Assembly: GCA_963826115.1 (NCBI GenBank) | Contig: CAWGVS010000006.1 | Span: forward strand, 480,001 to 544,000 | Direction: 5' to 3' | DNA length: 64,000 nt | Source of the DNA: an uncultured Candidatus Rokubacteria bacterium | Lineage (GTDB): Bacteria > Methylomirabilota > Methylomirabilia > Rokubacteriales > DASRDR01 | Shown: one piece after another, positions 1-10,072 of the stretch | Layout of the letters: each line of letters opens with the position of its first letter | Position numbering within the stretch: the stretch's first letter is position 1 | The notes under the pieces: model-generated | Told to the model about the DNA's origin: nothing | What the model saw: only the letters and a program-made list of their open reading frames with translations | Databases searched by the model: none | Position numbers and translations under genes: made by a program

Positions 1-545
1 ACTGCTCGAACAACTACGGACCGTTCCAGTACCCGGAGAAGCTCATCCCGCTGATGACCCTGAATGCCGCCGAGGGCCGCCCGCTGCCGCTCTACGGCGA
101 CGGCGGCAACGTGCGTGACTGGCTGCACGTCGAGGACCACTGCGCGGCACTCCTCCTGGTCCTGCGGAATGGCGTGCCGGGCGGTCGGTACAACGTGGGC
201 GCGAGCGACGAGCGGACGAACCTCGAGATCGTCGACGGGATCTGCGCGGCGCTGGAGTCCATCCGCCCGGCGGCCGGCAACCCCGCGCTGGCCGGTCGCG
301 GTGTCCCGCGCTACGCGGACCTCCGCACGTTCGTGCCCGACCGGCCCGGTCACGACCGCCGGTACGCGGTCGACGCGACGCGCCTCACGTCGGACCTGGG
401 CTGGCGTCCCGCCCACCGCTTCCAGGAGGGCCTCCACGCCACGGTCCGGTGGTACCTCGAGCACCGCGAGTGGTGCGACACGGTGCTGGCGGGCAAGTAC
501 ACGCGGGAGCGCCTGGGTCTGGGCGAGCAGGCCACGCCCCGCTGA
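1..545 (+). CDS. rfbB: dTDP-glucose 4,6-dehydratase, 5' end outside the window
   Basis: Frame is open from base 3 and reads CSNNYGPFQYPEKLIP..LYGDGGNVRDWLHVEDH..DRPGHDRRYAVD, the classic RmlB/RfbB C-terminal motifs. Confidence 0.93.
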   Translation, partial: CSNNYGPFQYPEKLIPLMTLNAAEGRPLPLYGDGGNVRDWLHVEDHCAALLLVLRNGVPGGRYNVGASDERTNLEIVDGICAALESIRPAAGNPALAGRGVPRYADLRTFVPDRPGHDRRYAVDATRLTSDLGWRPAHRFQEGLHATVRWYLEHREWCDTVLAGKYTRERLGLGEQATPR

Positions 546-640
546 GGGTCCTCGCCCGGGGACGGGCCGAGGCTCGTCTCTTTCTAACCGCGTTTCGAGC
601 CGCGAATCCCGCCCTCGGGGCCCGGTCCAGGCACGTTTTC

Positions 641-670
641 TTGACGGGAGGTATAACCGTGGTTTAACCT
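641..670 (+). promoter_or_regulatory. putative sigma-70 promoter of the IclR gene
   Basis: TTGACG (641-646), N18, TAACCT (665-670) in an AT-richer intergenic patch. Confidence 0.4.
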
Positions 671-693
671 AATTGCTCGACTCCTGTTTGGCT

Positions 694-1491
694 ATGAAGA
701 AAGCCAAGTCCGACTACCTGATCCAGTCAGTCAGCCGCGCGCTCGACATCCTCGAGGCGTTCACGCCCAACGAGGGGGAGCTCGGCGTCACGGAGCTCTC
801 GCGGCGCCTCAAGCTTCACAAGAACAACGTCTTCCGGCTGCTGGCCACGCTCGAGACCCGGGGCTACGTGGAGCAGGACCGGGAGAGCGGCAACTACCGT
901 CTCGGCATGAAGACCTTCGAGGTGGCGAACATCTTCACGCACCACCTCGGGCTCGTCCGCCAGGCCCGGCCCGTCCTCGAACAGCTGGCCCAGATGAGCG
1001 GCGAGGCGGCCTATCTCGGCGTGCTCGACGGCGCGTCGGTCGTCTGCGTCGACATGGTGGACACCGCCCAGCCCGTCCGCGTCGTGGCGCACCTCGGGCG
1101 CCGCCTGCCCGCGCACGCCTCGGCGCTCGGCAAGGCCCAGCTCGCGTACCGATCCCGCGAGGAGCGCGAGGAGATGTGGAAGCGCACGGCGCCCGCGAGC
1201 GCGACGGGGCGGACGATCGTCGACCCGTCACGGCTCGTCGAGGAGCTGGTGCGCGTGGCCGAGCGGGAGTGGGCGCTGGAGGACGAGGAGCTCGAGCCCG
1301 GCGTTCGCGGGCTGGCCGCCCCGATTCGCGACTACGCCCGCCGCGTCGTCGGCGCCATCGGCGTGCGCGGTCCCGCGTTCCGCCTGTCGCTCGAGCGCCT
1401 CGAGACCGAGCTCGCGCCGCGCGTTCGTGCCGCCGCCCGGGACGTGTCCAAGCGTCTCGGTTTCGCCGTCGTCACCACGAACGTCGATTGA
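694..1491 (+). CDS. IclR-family transcriptional regulator
   Basis: N-terminal IQSVSRALDILE..LGVTELS..VFRLLATLE HTH; C-terminal G.RLPAHASALGKA and DEELEPGVRGLAAPI IclR motifs. Confidence 0.93.
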   Translation: MKKAKSDYLIQSVSRALDILEAFTPNEGELGVTELSRRLKLHKNNVFRLLATLETRGYVEQDRESGNYRLGMKTFEVANIFTHHLGLVRQARPVLEQLAQMSGEAAYLGVLDGASVVCVDMVDTAQPVRVVAHLGRRLPAHASALGKAQLAYRSREEREEMWKRTAPASATGRTIVDPSRLVEELVRVAEREWALEDEELEPGVRGLAAPIRDYARRVVGAIGVRGPAFRLSLERLETELAPRVRAAARDVSKRLGFAVVTTNVD

Positions 1492-1522
1492 CCGTCGCGA
1501 CGTCGGGCGTGAGCGGGCGGCG

Positions 1523-3412
1523 GTGACGGGCCCCGCCCCCAGCGCCGCCCGCGACGATCGCCGCGCCTTCCTCCAGTCCCGCCGCCGCGCACTTCGTGCG
1601 AGCGGGAGCGCCGTGGCGGCGCTCGGCGTGCTGGCGGCGCTCTTCGTCGCCCCGAACCGTCTGGCGAGTGTCCAGGTGGGCGGCGTCGCGCTCGCGTGGT
1701 GGGTGGCCGGTGTCGCCGCGCTGGCGGGGCTGGTCGCGCTCGGTCGCGGCTTTCGCGAGACCGGGTTCCCGGCCGTGACGCCTCGGACGTCCCCGCTCGG
1801 GCCGCTGGCCCTGGCCGCGGTCTGGAGCTCGCCGGCCCTCTGGCTCGGGCTGCCGCCGCTCGTGCTGGCCGACGGCACCCGCGGACTCTGGGCGCCGGCG
1901 GTGGTCGTCGGCGGCGCCGTCGTCGCGCTCCTCCTCCTGGGCACGTCGTGGAGCCGCACGGGCGGACTCGGGGCGCCCGCGTCGGCGCTCGCGCGCGCTC
2001 GTTGGCCGTCCGCGCGGGGCTGCCACGCGCTCCTCGTCACGATCGAGCTCCTCGTGGCGGGCCTGTTCGTCTGGGCCCAGCTTGCGGCGGCGCGCGAGGT
2101 CGGAACGATGGCCGGCTGGCCCCGCCTGGCCACGGTCGGCGTGACCGGCCTGATCGTCGTGGCGCTCTGCCTGCCGGAGCTCTCGCGCCTGCGGCTGACC
2201 GGGCTGGGGGCCGGGCTGGCGCTCGCGGGGCTCGCCGCGCCGCTCGTGGTCATCGCGCTCGGCACCACGACAGCCTGGCCCTTCGTGTGGAACGCGGTCG
2301 CCTCGCGGGCCCGGATCGGGTTCGGCGAGGGTAGCCGCTGGACGGCCGAGGGCGGGGCGGTGCGGGGGCCGGCGCCGACGCTCGCGCTCCGGTTCGCCGA
2401 CGAGCAGCGGGTGACGTTCGGCGCGCGGGGCTCGGTCGTGATCGAGCCGCGCGAGGGCGGCCGCCTTCAGCGCGAGGTCGACCGGGGCGACGAGATCGCG
2501 TTCCACCCCGGGGACCGTCTCGTCCTGCCCGGCGGATTCCCCCTCCGATTCGAGGCCGGCCGGCGGGTCCCCGACGCGCCCGATTCCGGGCCCGACTGGG
2601 TGGAGCCGCCGTCCCGGCCTGCCGGCTGGCTCTGGCTGACCGTGTTCGGCGTGACAGGCGTCCTCGGCGCGCTCGGGCTGCCGACGGGCGCCGGGCTCGC
2701 GGGGACGGGCCGCCTGTCGCCGGCGTGGTGCGCGCGGCTCGCCGCGATCCTCGTGGCGGCGGGCGTGGCCCTCGCGGTGGGCTGGAGTCTCTACGCGGCG
2801 TGGCTGACGCCCGAGGTGTACGTCGGCGGCGTCGCCGGGGCCGAGGTCTACGCGCTTCCGGCCAGCTTGCCGCGCCCGACCGCCTCGGTCCTGACCTGGC
2901 TCGTCTTCGGCGGCCTCGCCCTGGGCAGCGTGGCCGCGGCACTGGGAAGCCTGCGGGGGCTGGTCGACGGGCCGCGCCCCGCGCCGGGCGGCTCGACGTG
3001 GGTGCTCGCCCCGGTGCTCGTGGCGATCGCCGGCGCCTTGGCGTGCCTCACGTCGGTGGGGCCCTGGCCGCTGCTCCTCGCGGCGCTTGGCCTTGCCGCG
3101 TCCGGGCTCGCGCCCGCCGCGGTGCTGGCCTGCTGGAGCGAGCGCGCCACCGCGCGCGGCACCGCGAGCGGGGCCGGCGCGGGCCTGGCGGCGTTCCTCC
3201 TCCTGGTCGCCGCCGGCGCCCTGAGCCCTGTGGAGCCGCCGGACGCCTGGGCGACCGTCGCCCTGGCGGCGCCGGCCGTCGTCGCCGTGCCGCTACACCT
3301 CCTGATCGTGTGGATCGCGAGGGCGCGCGCGGTGCCGTCGGCCCGGAGCCCGCTGCCCCCCGGCCTCGAGGGCTTCGGGGACGCGCTCCCGGCGCCGCCG
3401 CGGTCCGGCTGA
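1523..3412 (+). CDS. divergent sodium:solute symporter (SSS/ActP)-like membrane protein; start uncertain
   Basis: Many TM helices; [28 protein letters not shown] resembles the SSS C-terminal motif; soluble beta-rich insert in the middle. Confidence 0.55.
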   Translation: MTGPAPSAARDDRRAFLQSRRRALRASGSAVAALGVLAALFVAPNRLASVQVGGVALAWWVAGVAALAGLVALGRGFRETGFPAVTPRTSPLGPLALAAVWSSPALWLGLPPLVLADGTRGLWAPAVVVGGAVVALLLLGTSWSRTGGLGAPASALARARWPSARGCHALLVTIELLVAGLFVWAQLAAAREVGTMAGWPRLATVGVTGLIVVALCLPELSRLRLTGLGAGLALAGLAAPLVVIALGTTTAWPFVWNAVASRARIGFGEGSRWTAEGGAVRGPAPTLALRFADEQRVTFGARGSVVIEPREGGRLQREVDRGDEIAFHPGDRLVLPGGFPLRFEAGRRVPDAPDSGPDWVEPPSRPAGWLWLTVFGVTGVLGALGLPTGAGLAGTGRLSPAWCARLAAILVAAGVALAVGWSLYAAWLTPEVYVGGVAGAEVYALPASLPRPTASVLTWLVFGGLALGSVAAALGSLRGLVDGPRPAPGGSTWVLAPVLVAIAGALACLTSVGPWPLLLAALGLAASGLAPAAVLACWSERATARGTASGAGAGLAAFLLLVAAGALSPVEPPDAWATVALAAPAVVAVPLHLLIVWIARARAVPSARSPLPPGLEGFGDALPAPPRSG

Positions 3413-3490
3413 GGACCCGCCCGGCCGGCCGTCGGAGCCCCGCGCGGTTGCGTTCGCCGGGAGCGTCGGCAAGAATGGATCGTCACCGCC

Positions 3491-6268
3491 ATGGCCAGTG
3501 ACCGCATCGTCATCCGCGGCGCGCGCGAGCACAACCTCAAGAACGTCGACCTCGAGATCCCCCGGGACCGGCTGGTCGTCGTCACGGGGCTGTCGGGCTC
3601 CGGCAAGTCCACGCTCGCGTTCGACACGATCTACGCCGAGGGGCAGCGCCGCTACGTCGAGAGCCTGTCCGCCTACGCCCGTCAGTTCCTGGAGCAGATG
3701 GAGAAGCCCGACGTCGACTCGATCGAGGGGCTCTCCCCGGCCATCTCGATCGAGCAGAAGACGACGTCGCGGAACCCGCGCTCGACGGTCGGCACCGTCA
3801 CCGAGATCTACGACTACCTGCGGGTCCTCTACGCCCGCGTCGGCACCCCGCACTGCCCGCAGTGCGGCCAGGTCATCGCCGCCCAGACCGTCCAGCAGAT
3901 GGTCGACCGCGTGCGCACCCTCCCCGTCGGCACCCGCATCGTCGTGCTCGCCCCCGTGGTGCGGGGGCGCAAGGGCGAGTACCGGAAGCTCCTCTTCGAC
4001 CTGCGCCGCCAGGGTTTCGGGCGCGTCCGGGTCAACGGGACGGTGCGGGACCTCGCGGAGGAGATCGAGCTCGACAAGAACAAGAAGCACACGATCGAGG
4101 TGGTCGTGGACCGGCTGGTCGTCCGTGACACCGGCGCGGCGCGGCTCGCCGACTCGCTCGAGACGTCGCTCCGGCTCGCGGAGGGCGTGGTGGTCGTCGA
4201 GGTGCCGGACGGCGCCCAGGCCTGGGTGTTCTCGGAGCGCCTCGCCTGCGTCCGTTGCGGCGTCTCCTTCCCCGAGGTCTCGCCGCGGATGTTCTCCTTC
4301 AACAACCCGTTCGGCGCGTGTCCCGCTTGCGGGGGCCTGGGGACCCGTCTCGAGCTCGATCCGGACCTCGTCGTGCCCGACCCGCGGAAGTCGCTGGCCA
4401 AGGGGGCGCTCGCGCCCTGGGCCGGCCGGGAGTCGGTGTACTTCCGGCAGACCTTGTCCGTCCTCGCGCGGAAGCGCCGCTTCAGCCTCGACACGCCCTG
4501 GAAGGACCTGTCGAAGGCGACGCGCGAGCTGATCCTCCGCGGCACCGGCGAGGACGGCGGCTTCGACGGCGTGCTCGGCGGCCTCGAGCGGCGTTACAAG
4601 GAGACCACCTCCGAGGACACGCGGCTCGAGATCGAGCGCTTCATGTCCGAGCGGCCGTGCCCCGCGTGCGGCGGCGGCCGGCTCCGGCCGGAGAGCCTCG
4701 CGGTCCGCGTGGGAGGGCGCGCGATCCACCAGGTGTGCGCGCTCACGATCAAGGAGGCGGGCGCCTTCTTCGATGCGCTCGCCCTCGGGGAGCGCGAGCA
4801 GGCCATCGCCCGGCGCGTCCTGAAGGAGATCCGCGAGCGGCTCGGCTTCCTCCAGAACGTGGGGCTCGAGTACCTCACACTCGACCGGTCGGCGGGCACG
4901 CTCTCGGGCGGCGAAGGCCAGCGGATCCGCCTGGCGACGCAGATCGGCTCGAGCCTGGTCGGCGTGCTCTACATCCTGGACGAGCCGTCGATCGGCCTCC
5001 ACCAGCGGGACAACCGGCGCCTCCTCGACACCCTCCTCCGGCTCCGGGACCTCGGCAACACCGTGCTGGTCGTCGAGCACGACGAGGAGACGATCCGGGC
5101 CGCCGACCACGTGATCGACCTCGGCCCCGGCGCCGGCGAGCTGGGCGGCTACGTCGTCGCCACCGGCACGCCCGAGGAGATCATGGCGGACCAGAAGTCC
5201 CTGACGGGGCGCTACCTGTCGGGCGAGCTGTCGATTCCCGTGCCCGCCGCGCGGCGCCCCGGGACCGGCAAGGGGCTCACCATCCACGGCGCCCGCGAGC
5301 ACAACCTGAAGGCGATGCCCGTGCGCATCCCGCTGGGAACCTTCACCTGCATCACGGGGGTGTCGGGCTCCGGGAAGTCGACGCTGGTCAACGACATCCT
5401 GTACCGGGCGCTGGCCCAGGTCTTCCACCGGGCCCAGGAGCGGCCGGGCGCGCACGATCGCATCGAGGGGCTCCAGCACCTCGACAAGGTCATCAACATC
5501 GACCAGTCGCCGATCGGCCGCACCCCTCGCTCGAACCCCGCGACCTACACGGGTGTGTTCGCCTTCATCCGGGCCCTGTTCGCCCGGACGGTCGACGCCC
5601 GCGCGCGGGGGTACGCGCCCGGGCGCTTCTCCTTCAACGTGAAGGGTGGCCGGTGCGAGGCGTGCCAGGGCGATGGGCTGGTGAAGATCGAGATGCACTT
5701 CCTGCCCGACGTGTACGTGACGTGCGAGGTCTGCAAGGCCAAGCGGTACAACCGCGAGACCCTCGAGATCCGCTACAAGGGCCGGAACATCGCCGAGGTC
5801 CTGGAGATGACGGTGCGGGAGGCGCTGACCTTCTTCGAGCCCGTGCCCCCCGTGCGCCAGAAGCTCCAGACCCTCCACGACGTCGGGCTCGACTACATCC
5901 GGCTCGGCCAGGCCGCGACCACGCTCTCCGGCGGCGAGGCGCAGCGCGTGAAGCTGTCGACCGAGCTCTCCCGACGCGCCACGGGCCGCACGCTCTACAT
6001 CCTGGACGAGCCCACCACCGGGCTCCACTTCGCCGACATCCAGCGCCTCCTCGACGTGCTGAACCAGCTGGTGGCGCAGGGGAACACCGTCGTGGTCATC
6101 GAGCACAACCTGGACGTCGTGAAGACCGCCGACCACATCGTCGATCTGGGGCCCGCGGGGGGCGAGGAGGGAGGCCGTGTCGTCGCCGCCGGCACCCCGG
6201 AGGAGCTGGCCGCCCAGGCGGGGGTGTCGTACACGGGCCGGTTCCTGGCGCACGTCCTGGGCGCGTGA
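3491..6268 (+). CDS. uvrA: excinuclease ABC subunit A
   Basis: [19 protein letters not shown] and GVSGSGKS Walker A motifs, CXXC zinc fingers, LSGGE signatures. Confidence 0.98.
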   Translation: MASDRIVIRGAREHNLKNVDLEIPRDRLVVVTGLSGSGKSTLAFDTIYAEGQRRYVESLSAYARQFLEQMEKPDVDSIEGLSPAISIEQKTTSRNPRSTVGTVTEIYDYLRVLYARVGTPHCPQCGQVIAAQTVQQMVDRVRTLPVGTRIVVLAPVVRGRKGEYRKLLFDLRRQGFGRVRVNGTVRDLAEEIELDKNKKHTIEVVVDRLVVRDTGAARLADSLETSLRLAEGVVVVEVPDGAQAWVFSERLACVRCGVSFPEVSPRMFSFNNPFGACPACGGLGTRLELDPDLVVPDPRKSLAKGALAPWAGRESVYFRQTLSVLARKRRFSLDTPWKDLSKATRELILRGTGEDGGFDGVLGGLERRYKETTSEDTRLEIERFMSERPCPACGGGRLRPESLAVRVGGRAIHQVCALTIKEAGAFFDALALGEREQAIARRVLKEIRERLGFLQNVGLEYLTLDRSAGTLSGGEGQRIRLATQIGSSLVGVLYILDEPSIGLHQRDNRRLLDTLLRLRDLGNTVLVVEHDEETIRAADHVIDLGPGAGELGGYVVATGTPEEIMADQKSLTGRYLSGELSIPVPAARRPGTGKGLTIHGAREHNLKAMPVRIPLGTFTCITGVSGSGKSTLVNDILYRALAQVFHRAQERPGAHDRIEGLQHLDKVINIDQSPIGRTPRSNPATYTGVFAFIRALFARTVDARARGYAPGRFSFNVKGGRCEACQGDGLVKIEMHFLPDVYVTCEVCKAKRYNRETLEIRYKGRNIAEVLEMTVREALTFFEPVPPVRQKLQTLHDVGLDYIRLGQAATTLSGGEAQRVKLSTELSRRATGRTLYILDEPTTGLHFADIQRLLDVLNQLVAQGNTVVVIEHNLDVVKTADHIVDLGPAGGEEGGRVVAAGTPEELAAQAGVSYTGRFLAHVLGA

Positions 6269-6275
6269 GACGCGC

Positions 6276-7196
6276 GTGAGACGACGGCTCCGTCTCGCGG
6301 CCGGGTGGGCCGCGGCCGCGCTGACCGCGCTCCTCCTGGCCGGCGCGGTGCCCGCGCGCGCGGCGTCGGATGTCGTGGAGGACGACGACGACGACGAGGT
6401 CCAGCTCCGCGAGGTCTACATCCCGCACCCGGAGTTCCAGACCTACTACGACCGCGACCAGCTCGCGGTGGAGGAGGTCACGCTCGTGCGGGTGCGACGC
6501 CAGGACCAGTCGGAGGCCCTGGTCGCGAAGGAGGACTCCGGCTGGGAGCACGTCGTCCTCGAGGGCTGGCGCCTCAGCTTCTACAACCAGGCGAAGCAGC
6601 CGCTCCGCCGGGGCCCGGGCCGGCACGTCGTCGTGCAGGACTGGTCGGGCGGCGCGCACTGCTGCTTCGACTACCACGTGCTCCACGTGCAGGGGACGCA
6701 GGTCCGCCGGGAGGGGACGATCCGGGCGGGGGACTGCAGCCTCCGTGCGGCGGACCTCGACCAGGACGGCGCGCTCGAGCTGATCGCCTGCGACGCGCGG
6801 TTCGCGTACGCGTTCGATCTCCCGTTCGCCGAGTCTCCGCTCGTGCCCGTCGTGTACACGTTTCGCGACCGCGCCTACGCGGCCGACAATCGCCGCTTCC
6901 CGCAGGTCTACCAGTTTCGCATCGCCCAGGAGCGGCGGCGGCTCCTGGAGGCGGAGCGCGCGAGCGACGCGCGCGGCGCCCGCCGCGCGGTCCTGAGCCT
7001 GCTCCTCCACGCGCTCTACGCGGGGCGCGTGACCGAGGCGTGGTGCGCGTTCGATCGCGCCTACCGCTGGGCCGACCGGGCGGACGTGCGCCAGGAGGTG
7101 ATTCGCCGCCTCCGCCTGGCGCCCGATCCGGAGGACGGCCGGCTCCCCCCGATCGACCTCGCCTACACGCTCGCGCCGCCCGGCCGCTGTCGCTGA
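6276..7196 (+). CDS. exported hypothetical protein (GGAHCC motif, DxDxDG Ca-binding-like loop)
   Basis: GTG just after the uvrA stop; RRR/hydrophobic/ARA signal peptide; acidic run; WSGGAHCC; ADLDQDGALE. Confidence 0.7.
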   Translation: MRRRLRLAAGWAAAALTALLLAGAVPARAASDVVEDDDDDEVQLREVYIPHPEFQTYYDRDQLAVEEVTLVRVRRQDQSEALVAKEDSGWEHVVLEGWRLSFYNQAKQPLRRGPGRHVVVQDWSGGAHCCFDYHVLHVQGTQVRREGTIRAGDCSLRAADLDQDGALELIACDARFAYAFDLPFAESPLVPVVYTFRDRAYAADNRRFPQVYQFRIAQERRRLLEAERASDARGARRAVLSLLLHALYAGRVTEAWCAFDRAYRWADRADVRQEVIRRLRLAPDPEDGRLPPIDLAYTLAPPGRCR

Positions 7197-7310
7197 GCCG
7201 CCGGACCGCCCCCCTGGGCGGCCTTGCGACGGCCGTGCTACGATTCGACCTCGACGCCTCGGATGGACCGGTTCGGCTGGCTCTAGCCCTGACGACTCCC
7301 GGGAGGCACG

Positions 7311-9407
7311 ATGACCATCGATATCGCGCGTATCCGTAACGTCGGCTTCGTCGGCCACGGCGGCGTCGGCAAGACGTCCCTGGTCGAGGCAATCCTGTTC
7401 CGGAACGGCATGACCGCCCGCCTGGGCCGTGTGGAAGACGGCACGGCCACCACCGACTTCGACCCCGAGGAGATCAAGCGCAAGATCTCCATCAACATCG
7501 GCGTCGCGCACTGCGACTACCGCGACCACCGGTTCAACTTCGTGGACATGCCGGGGTACGGCGACTTCATCGCGGAAGCGCGCGCCGGCCTTCGCGTCGT
7601 CGAGGGCGCGGTCCTGGTGGTGGACGCCGTCGCCGGCGTCGAGGTCCAGACGGAGAAGGTCTCGAAGTTCGCCCAGGAGTACGGGCTGCCGCGGCTGGTC
7701 TACATCAACAAGATGGACCGCGAGCGCGCCGACTTCACGCGCACGCTGGAGTCGATACAGCGACGGCTCAAGGGCCGATTCGTCCCGCTCCACGTGCCGA
7801 TCGGCCAGGAGGCCGCGTTCAAGGGGCTGGTGGACGTGCTCCGGATGAAGGGCTACGTCGTGGGCGACACACCGGGAAAGATCGAGGAGACCGCGATCCC
7901 GGCCGACCTCGCCGACACGGTGCAGGCGACGCGCGAGAAGCTCGTCGAGGCCGTGGCCGAGACCGACGACGACCTCCTGGCCCGCTACCTCGAGGAGGGG
8001 ACGCTCGACGAGGCCGTCGTGATCAAGGCGCTCCGCGCCGCGATCGGCGACGGGAAGCTCGTGCCCGTGATCCTCGGGTCCGCGACCAAGGCGATCGGCG
8101 TCCGCTCGTTGCTCGACATCGTCATCGACTCCTTCCCGTCGCCGGCCGACCGGCCGCCGATCGAGGGGACCGACCCCCGGACGAAGGAGACGGTGACCCG
8201 GGCCCCCAGTCCGAAGGAGCCCTTCTCCGCGCTGGTGTTCAAGACCCTGACCGATCCCCACGTCGGCAAGCTGACGCTGTTCCGGGTCTTCTCGGGCACC
8301 GTCACCGGCAACTCCCAGGTCTACAATCCGGCCCGCGAGGCCCGCGAGCGGGTGGGGCAGGTGGCGCTGCTCCAGGGCCGGGAGCACAAGGCGGTCGACG
8401 TCCTCGGCCCCGGCGAGATCGGTGTGGTGCTGAAGCTCCGGGAGACGCTCACCGGCGACACGCTGTGCGCCGAGAACGCCCCGGTGATCCTGTCCCGGAT
8501 CCAGTTCCCGGAGCCCGCGATCTCGTTCGCGCTCCAGCCCAAGGCGAAGGGGGACGAGGACAAGATCTCGAACGCGCTCGCGCGGCTCGCGGAGGAGGAC
8601 CCCACCCTCCGCTACCACTACGACGCCGAGACCAAGCAGCTCCTGATCTCGGGCGTCGGCCAGCAGCACATCGAGGTGACGCTGGAGCGGATGAAGCGGA
8701 AGTTCAACGCCGAGGTCGTCCTCCTGCCGCCGCGGATCCCCTACAAGGAGACCGTGAAGGGGCGGGCGCAGGTCCAGGGCCGGCACAAGAAGCAGACCGG
8801 CGGCCGGGGCCAGTTCGGCGACTGCTGGATCGAGATCGAGCCGCTCGGGCGCGGCGCGGGGCTCGAGTTCGTCGACAAGATCTTCGGCGGGTCGATCCCC
8901 CGGAACTTCATCCCCTCGGTCGAGAAGGGCGTGCGCGCGCGCCTCGAGCGCGGCGTGATCGCCGGCTACCAGGTCGTGGACGTGCGCGTGACCTTGTACG
9001 ACGGCTCGTACCACTCGGTCGACTCCTCGGACATCGCCTTCCAGCTCGCCGGGCAGGTCGCGGCCGAGAAGGCCGTGCTCGAGGCGCGGCCGAGCCTCCT
9101 CGAGCCGGTCATGGACGTCGAGGTGACCGCGCCCTCCGCCATCGCGGGCGACGTGATCGGGGACCTCAACAGCCGCCGGGGGAAGATCGCGGGGATGGAG
9201 CCGGGGGACGAGAACAGCGTGGTTCGCGCCCAGGTCCCGATGGCGGAGATGCTCAACTACGAGCCGCACCTCCGCTCGATGTCGGGCGGCCGGGGCAGCT
9301 ACTCGATGGAGTTCTCCCACTACGAGGAGCTGCCCGGGATGCTGGCCGAGAAGGTGATCGCCGAGGCGAAGAAGGAGCGGGAGGCGCGCGCGGCCGAGAA
9401 GCACTGA
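7311..9407 (+). CDS. fusA: elongation factor G, stand-alone EF-G2-type paralogue
   Basis: GHGGVGKT, DMPG, NKMD, KKQTGGRGQFG, DGSYHSVDSS; switch I reads RKISI rather than RGITI; GGAGG SD; not in an str operon. Confidence 0.92.
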   Translation: MTIDIARIRNVGFVGHGGVGKTSLVEAILFRNGMTARLGRVEDGTATTDFDPEEIKRKISINIGVAHCDYRDHRFNFVDMPGYGDFIAEARAGLRVVEGAVLVVDAVAGVEVQTEKVSKFAQEYGLPRLVYINKMDRERADFTRTLESIQRRLKGRFVPLHVPIGQEAAFKGLVDVLRMKGYVVGDTPGKIEETAIPADLADTVQATREKLVEAVAETDDDLLARYLEEGTLDEAVVIKALRAAIGDGKLVPVILGSATKAIGVRSLLDIVIDSFPSPADRPPIEGTDPRTKETVTRAPSPKEPFSALVFKTLTDPHVGKLTLFRVFSGTVTGNSQVYNPAREARERVGQVALLQGREHKAVDVLGPGEIGVVLKLRETLTGDTLCAENAPVILSRIQFPEPAISFALQPKAKGDEDKISNALARLAEEDPTLRYHYDAETKQLLISGVGQQHIEVTLERMKRKFNAEVVLLPPRIPYKETVKGRAQVQGRHKKQTGGRGQFGDCWIEIEPLGRGAGLEFVDKIFGGSIPRNFIPSVEKGVRARLERGVIAGYQVVDVRVTLYDGSYHSVDSSDIAFQLAGQVAAEKAVLEARPSLLEPVMDVEVTAPSAIAGDVIGDLNSRRGKIAGMEPGDENSVVRAQVPMAEMLNYEPHLRSMSGGRGSYSMEFSHYEELPGMLAEKVIAEAKKEREARAAEKH

Positions 9408-9495
9408 GCCGGCGGCCCCCGCCCCCGCACGCCCCCGGGGGCGCGCCCCGCGAACCGTGCGCGCGCCGGCGCCGTCCCCTGCGGGGCGGCCCGGC

Positions 9496-9918
9496 TCAGA
9501 CGTGGGCCTGCGCCGGTCCGATGATCGCCTCGACCTTGGCGAGGAGGTCGCCGACGGAGACGGGCTTCGCGAGCTGTCCCACGATGTTGAGGCCCGAGTC
9601 GCCCGCGAGGTCCGGCCCCTCCTCGAGGTGCGCCGAGACGATGACCACCGGGATCGTGTGCCAGCGCGGGTTGGCGCGGACGTTCTCCAGGAAGTCCCAC
9701 CCCGACGCGCGCGGCATCCGGAGGTCGAGCAGGATCAGGTCCGGGAAGAGATCGCGGATGAGGTCTCCCGCCGCCAGCCCGTCCTCCGATCCGATCGCGC
9801 GGTAGCCCGCCTCCTCCAGCACCTCGATCCAGAGCGCGCGCAGGCGCGCGTTGTCGTCGACGACGAGCACCCACTTGCGCGGCTTCACCTTGGACGAGGC
9901 ACTCCCCGGAGCGGTCAT
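9496..9918 (-). CDS. single-domain response regulator (CheY-like receiver)
   Basis: VLVVDD, PDLILLDLRMP, VIVSA and KP motifs; ATG 9918 chosen from the promoter position. Confidence 0.9.
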   Translation of the reverse strand: MTAPGSASSKVKPRKWVLVVDDNARLRALWIEVLEEAGYRAIGSEDGLAAGDLIRDLFPDLILLDLRMPRASGWDFLENVRANPRWHTIPVVIVSAHLEEGPDLAGDSGLNIVGQLAKPVSVGDLLAKVEAIIGPAQAHV

Positions 9919-9925
9919 CGAACAC

Positions 9926-9955
9926 ACGGTACGCAGGCCCCTGGCGCGTTGTCAA
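9926..9955 (-). promoter_or_regulatory. sigma-70 promoter, probably giving a leaderless mRNA for the response regulator
   Basis: Minus strand TTGACA-N18-TACCGT, 7 nt before ATG 9918. Confidence 0.55.
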
Positions 9956-10072
9956 AAAGTTCGACTGCGCCGTCGCCGGGCGTCCCGGGCGGCCGCCAGC
10001 GCAGCAATTCGTAGGAGGCCGCCGTGGCCGCGGGGCTATACTGCGCTCACGGGCAGCCGACCCGGGGGAGCC

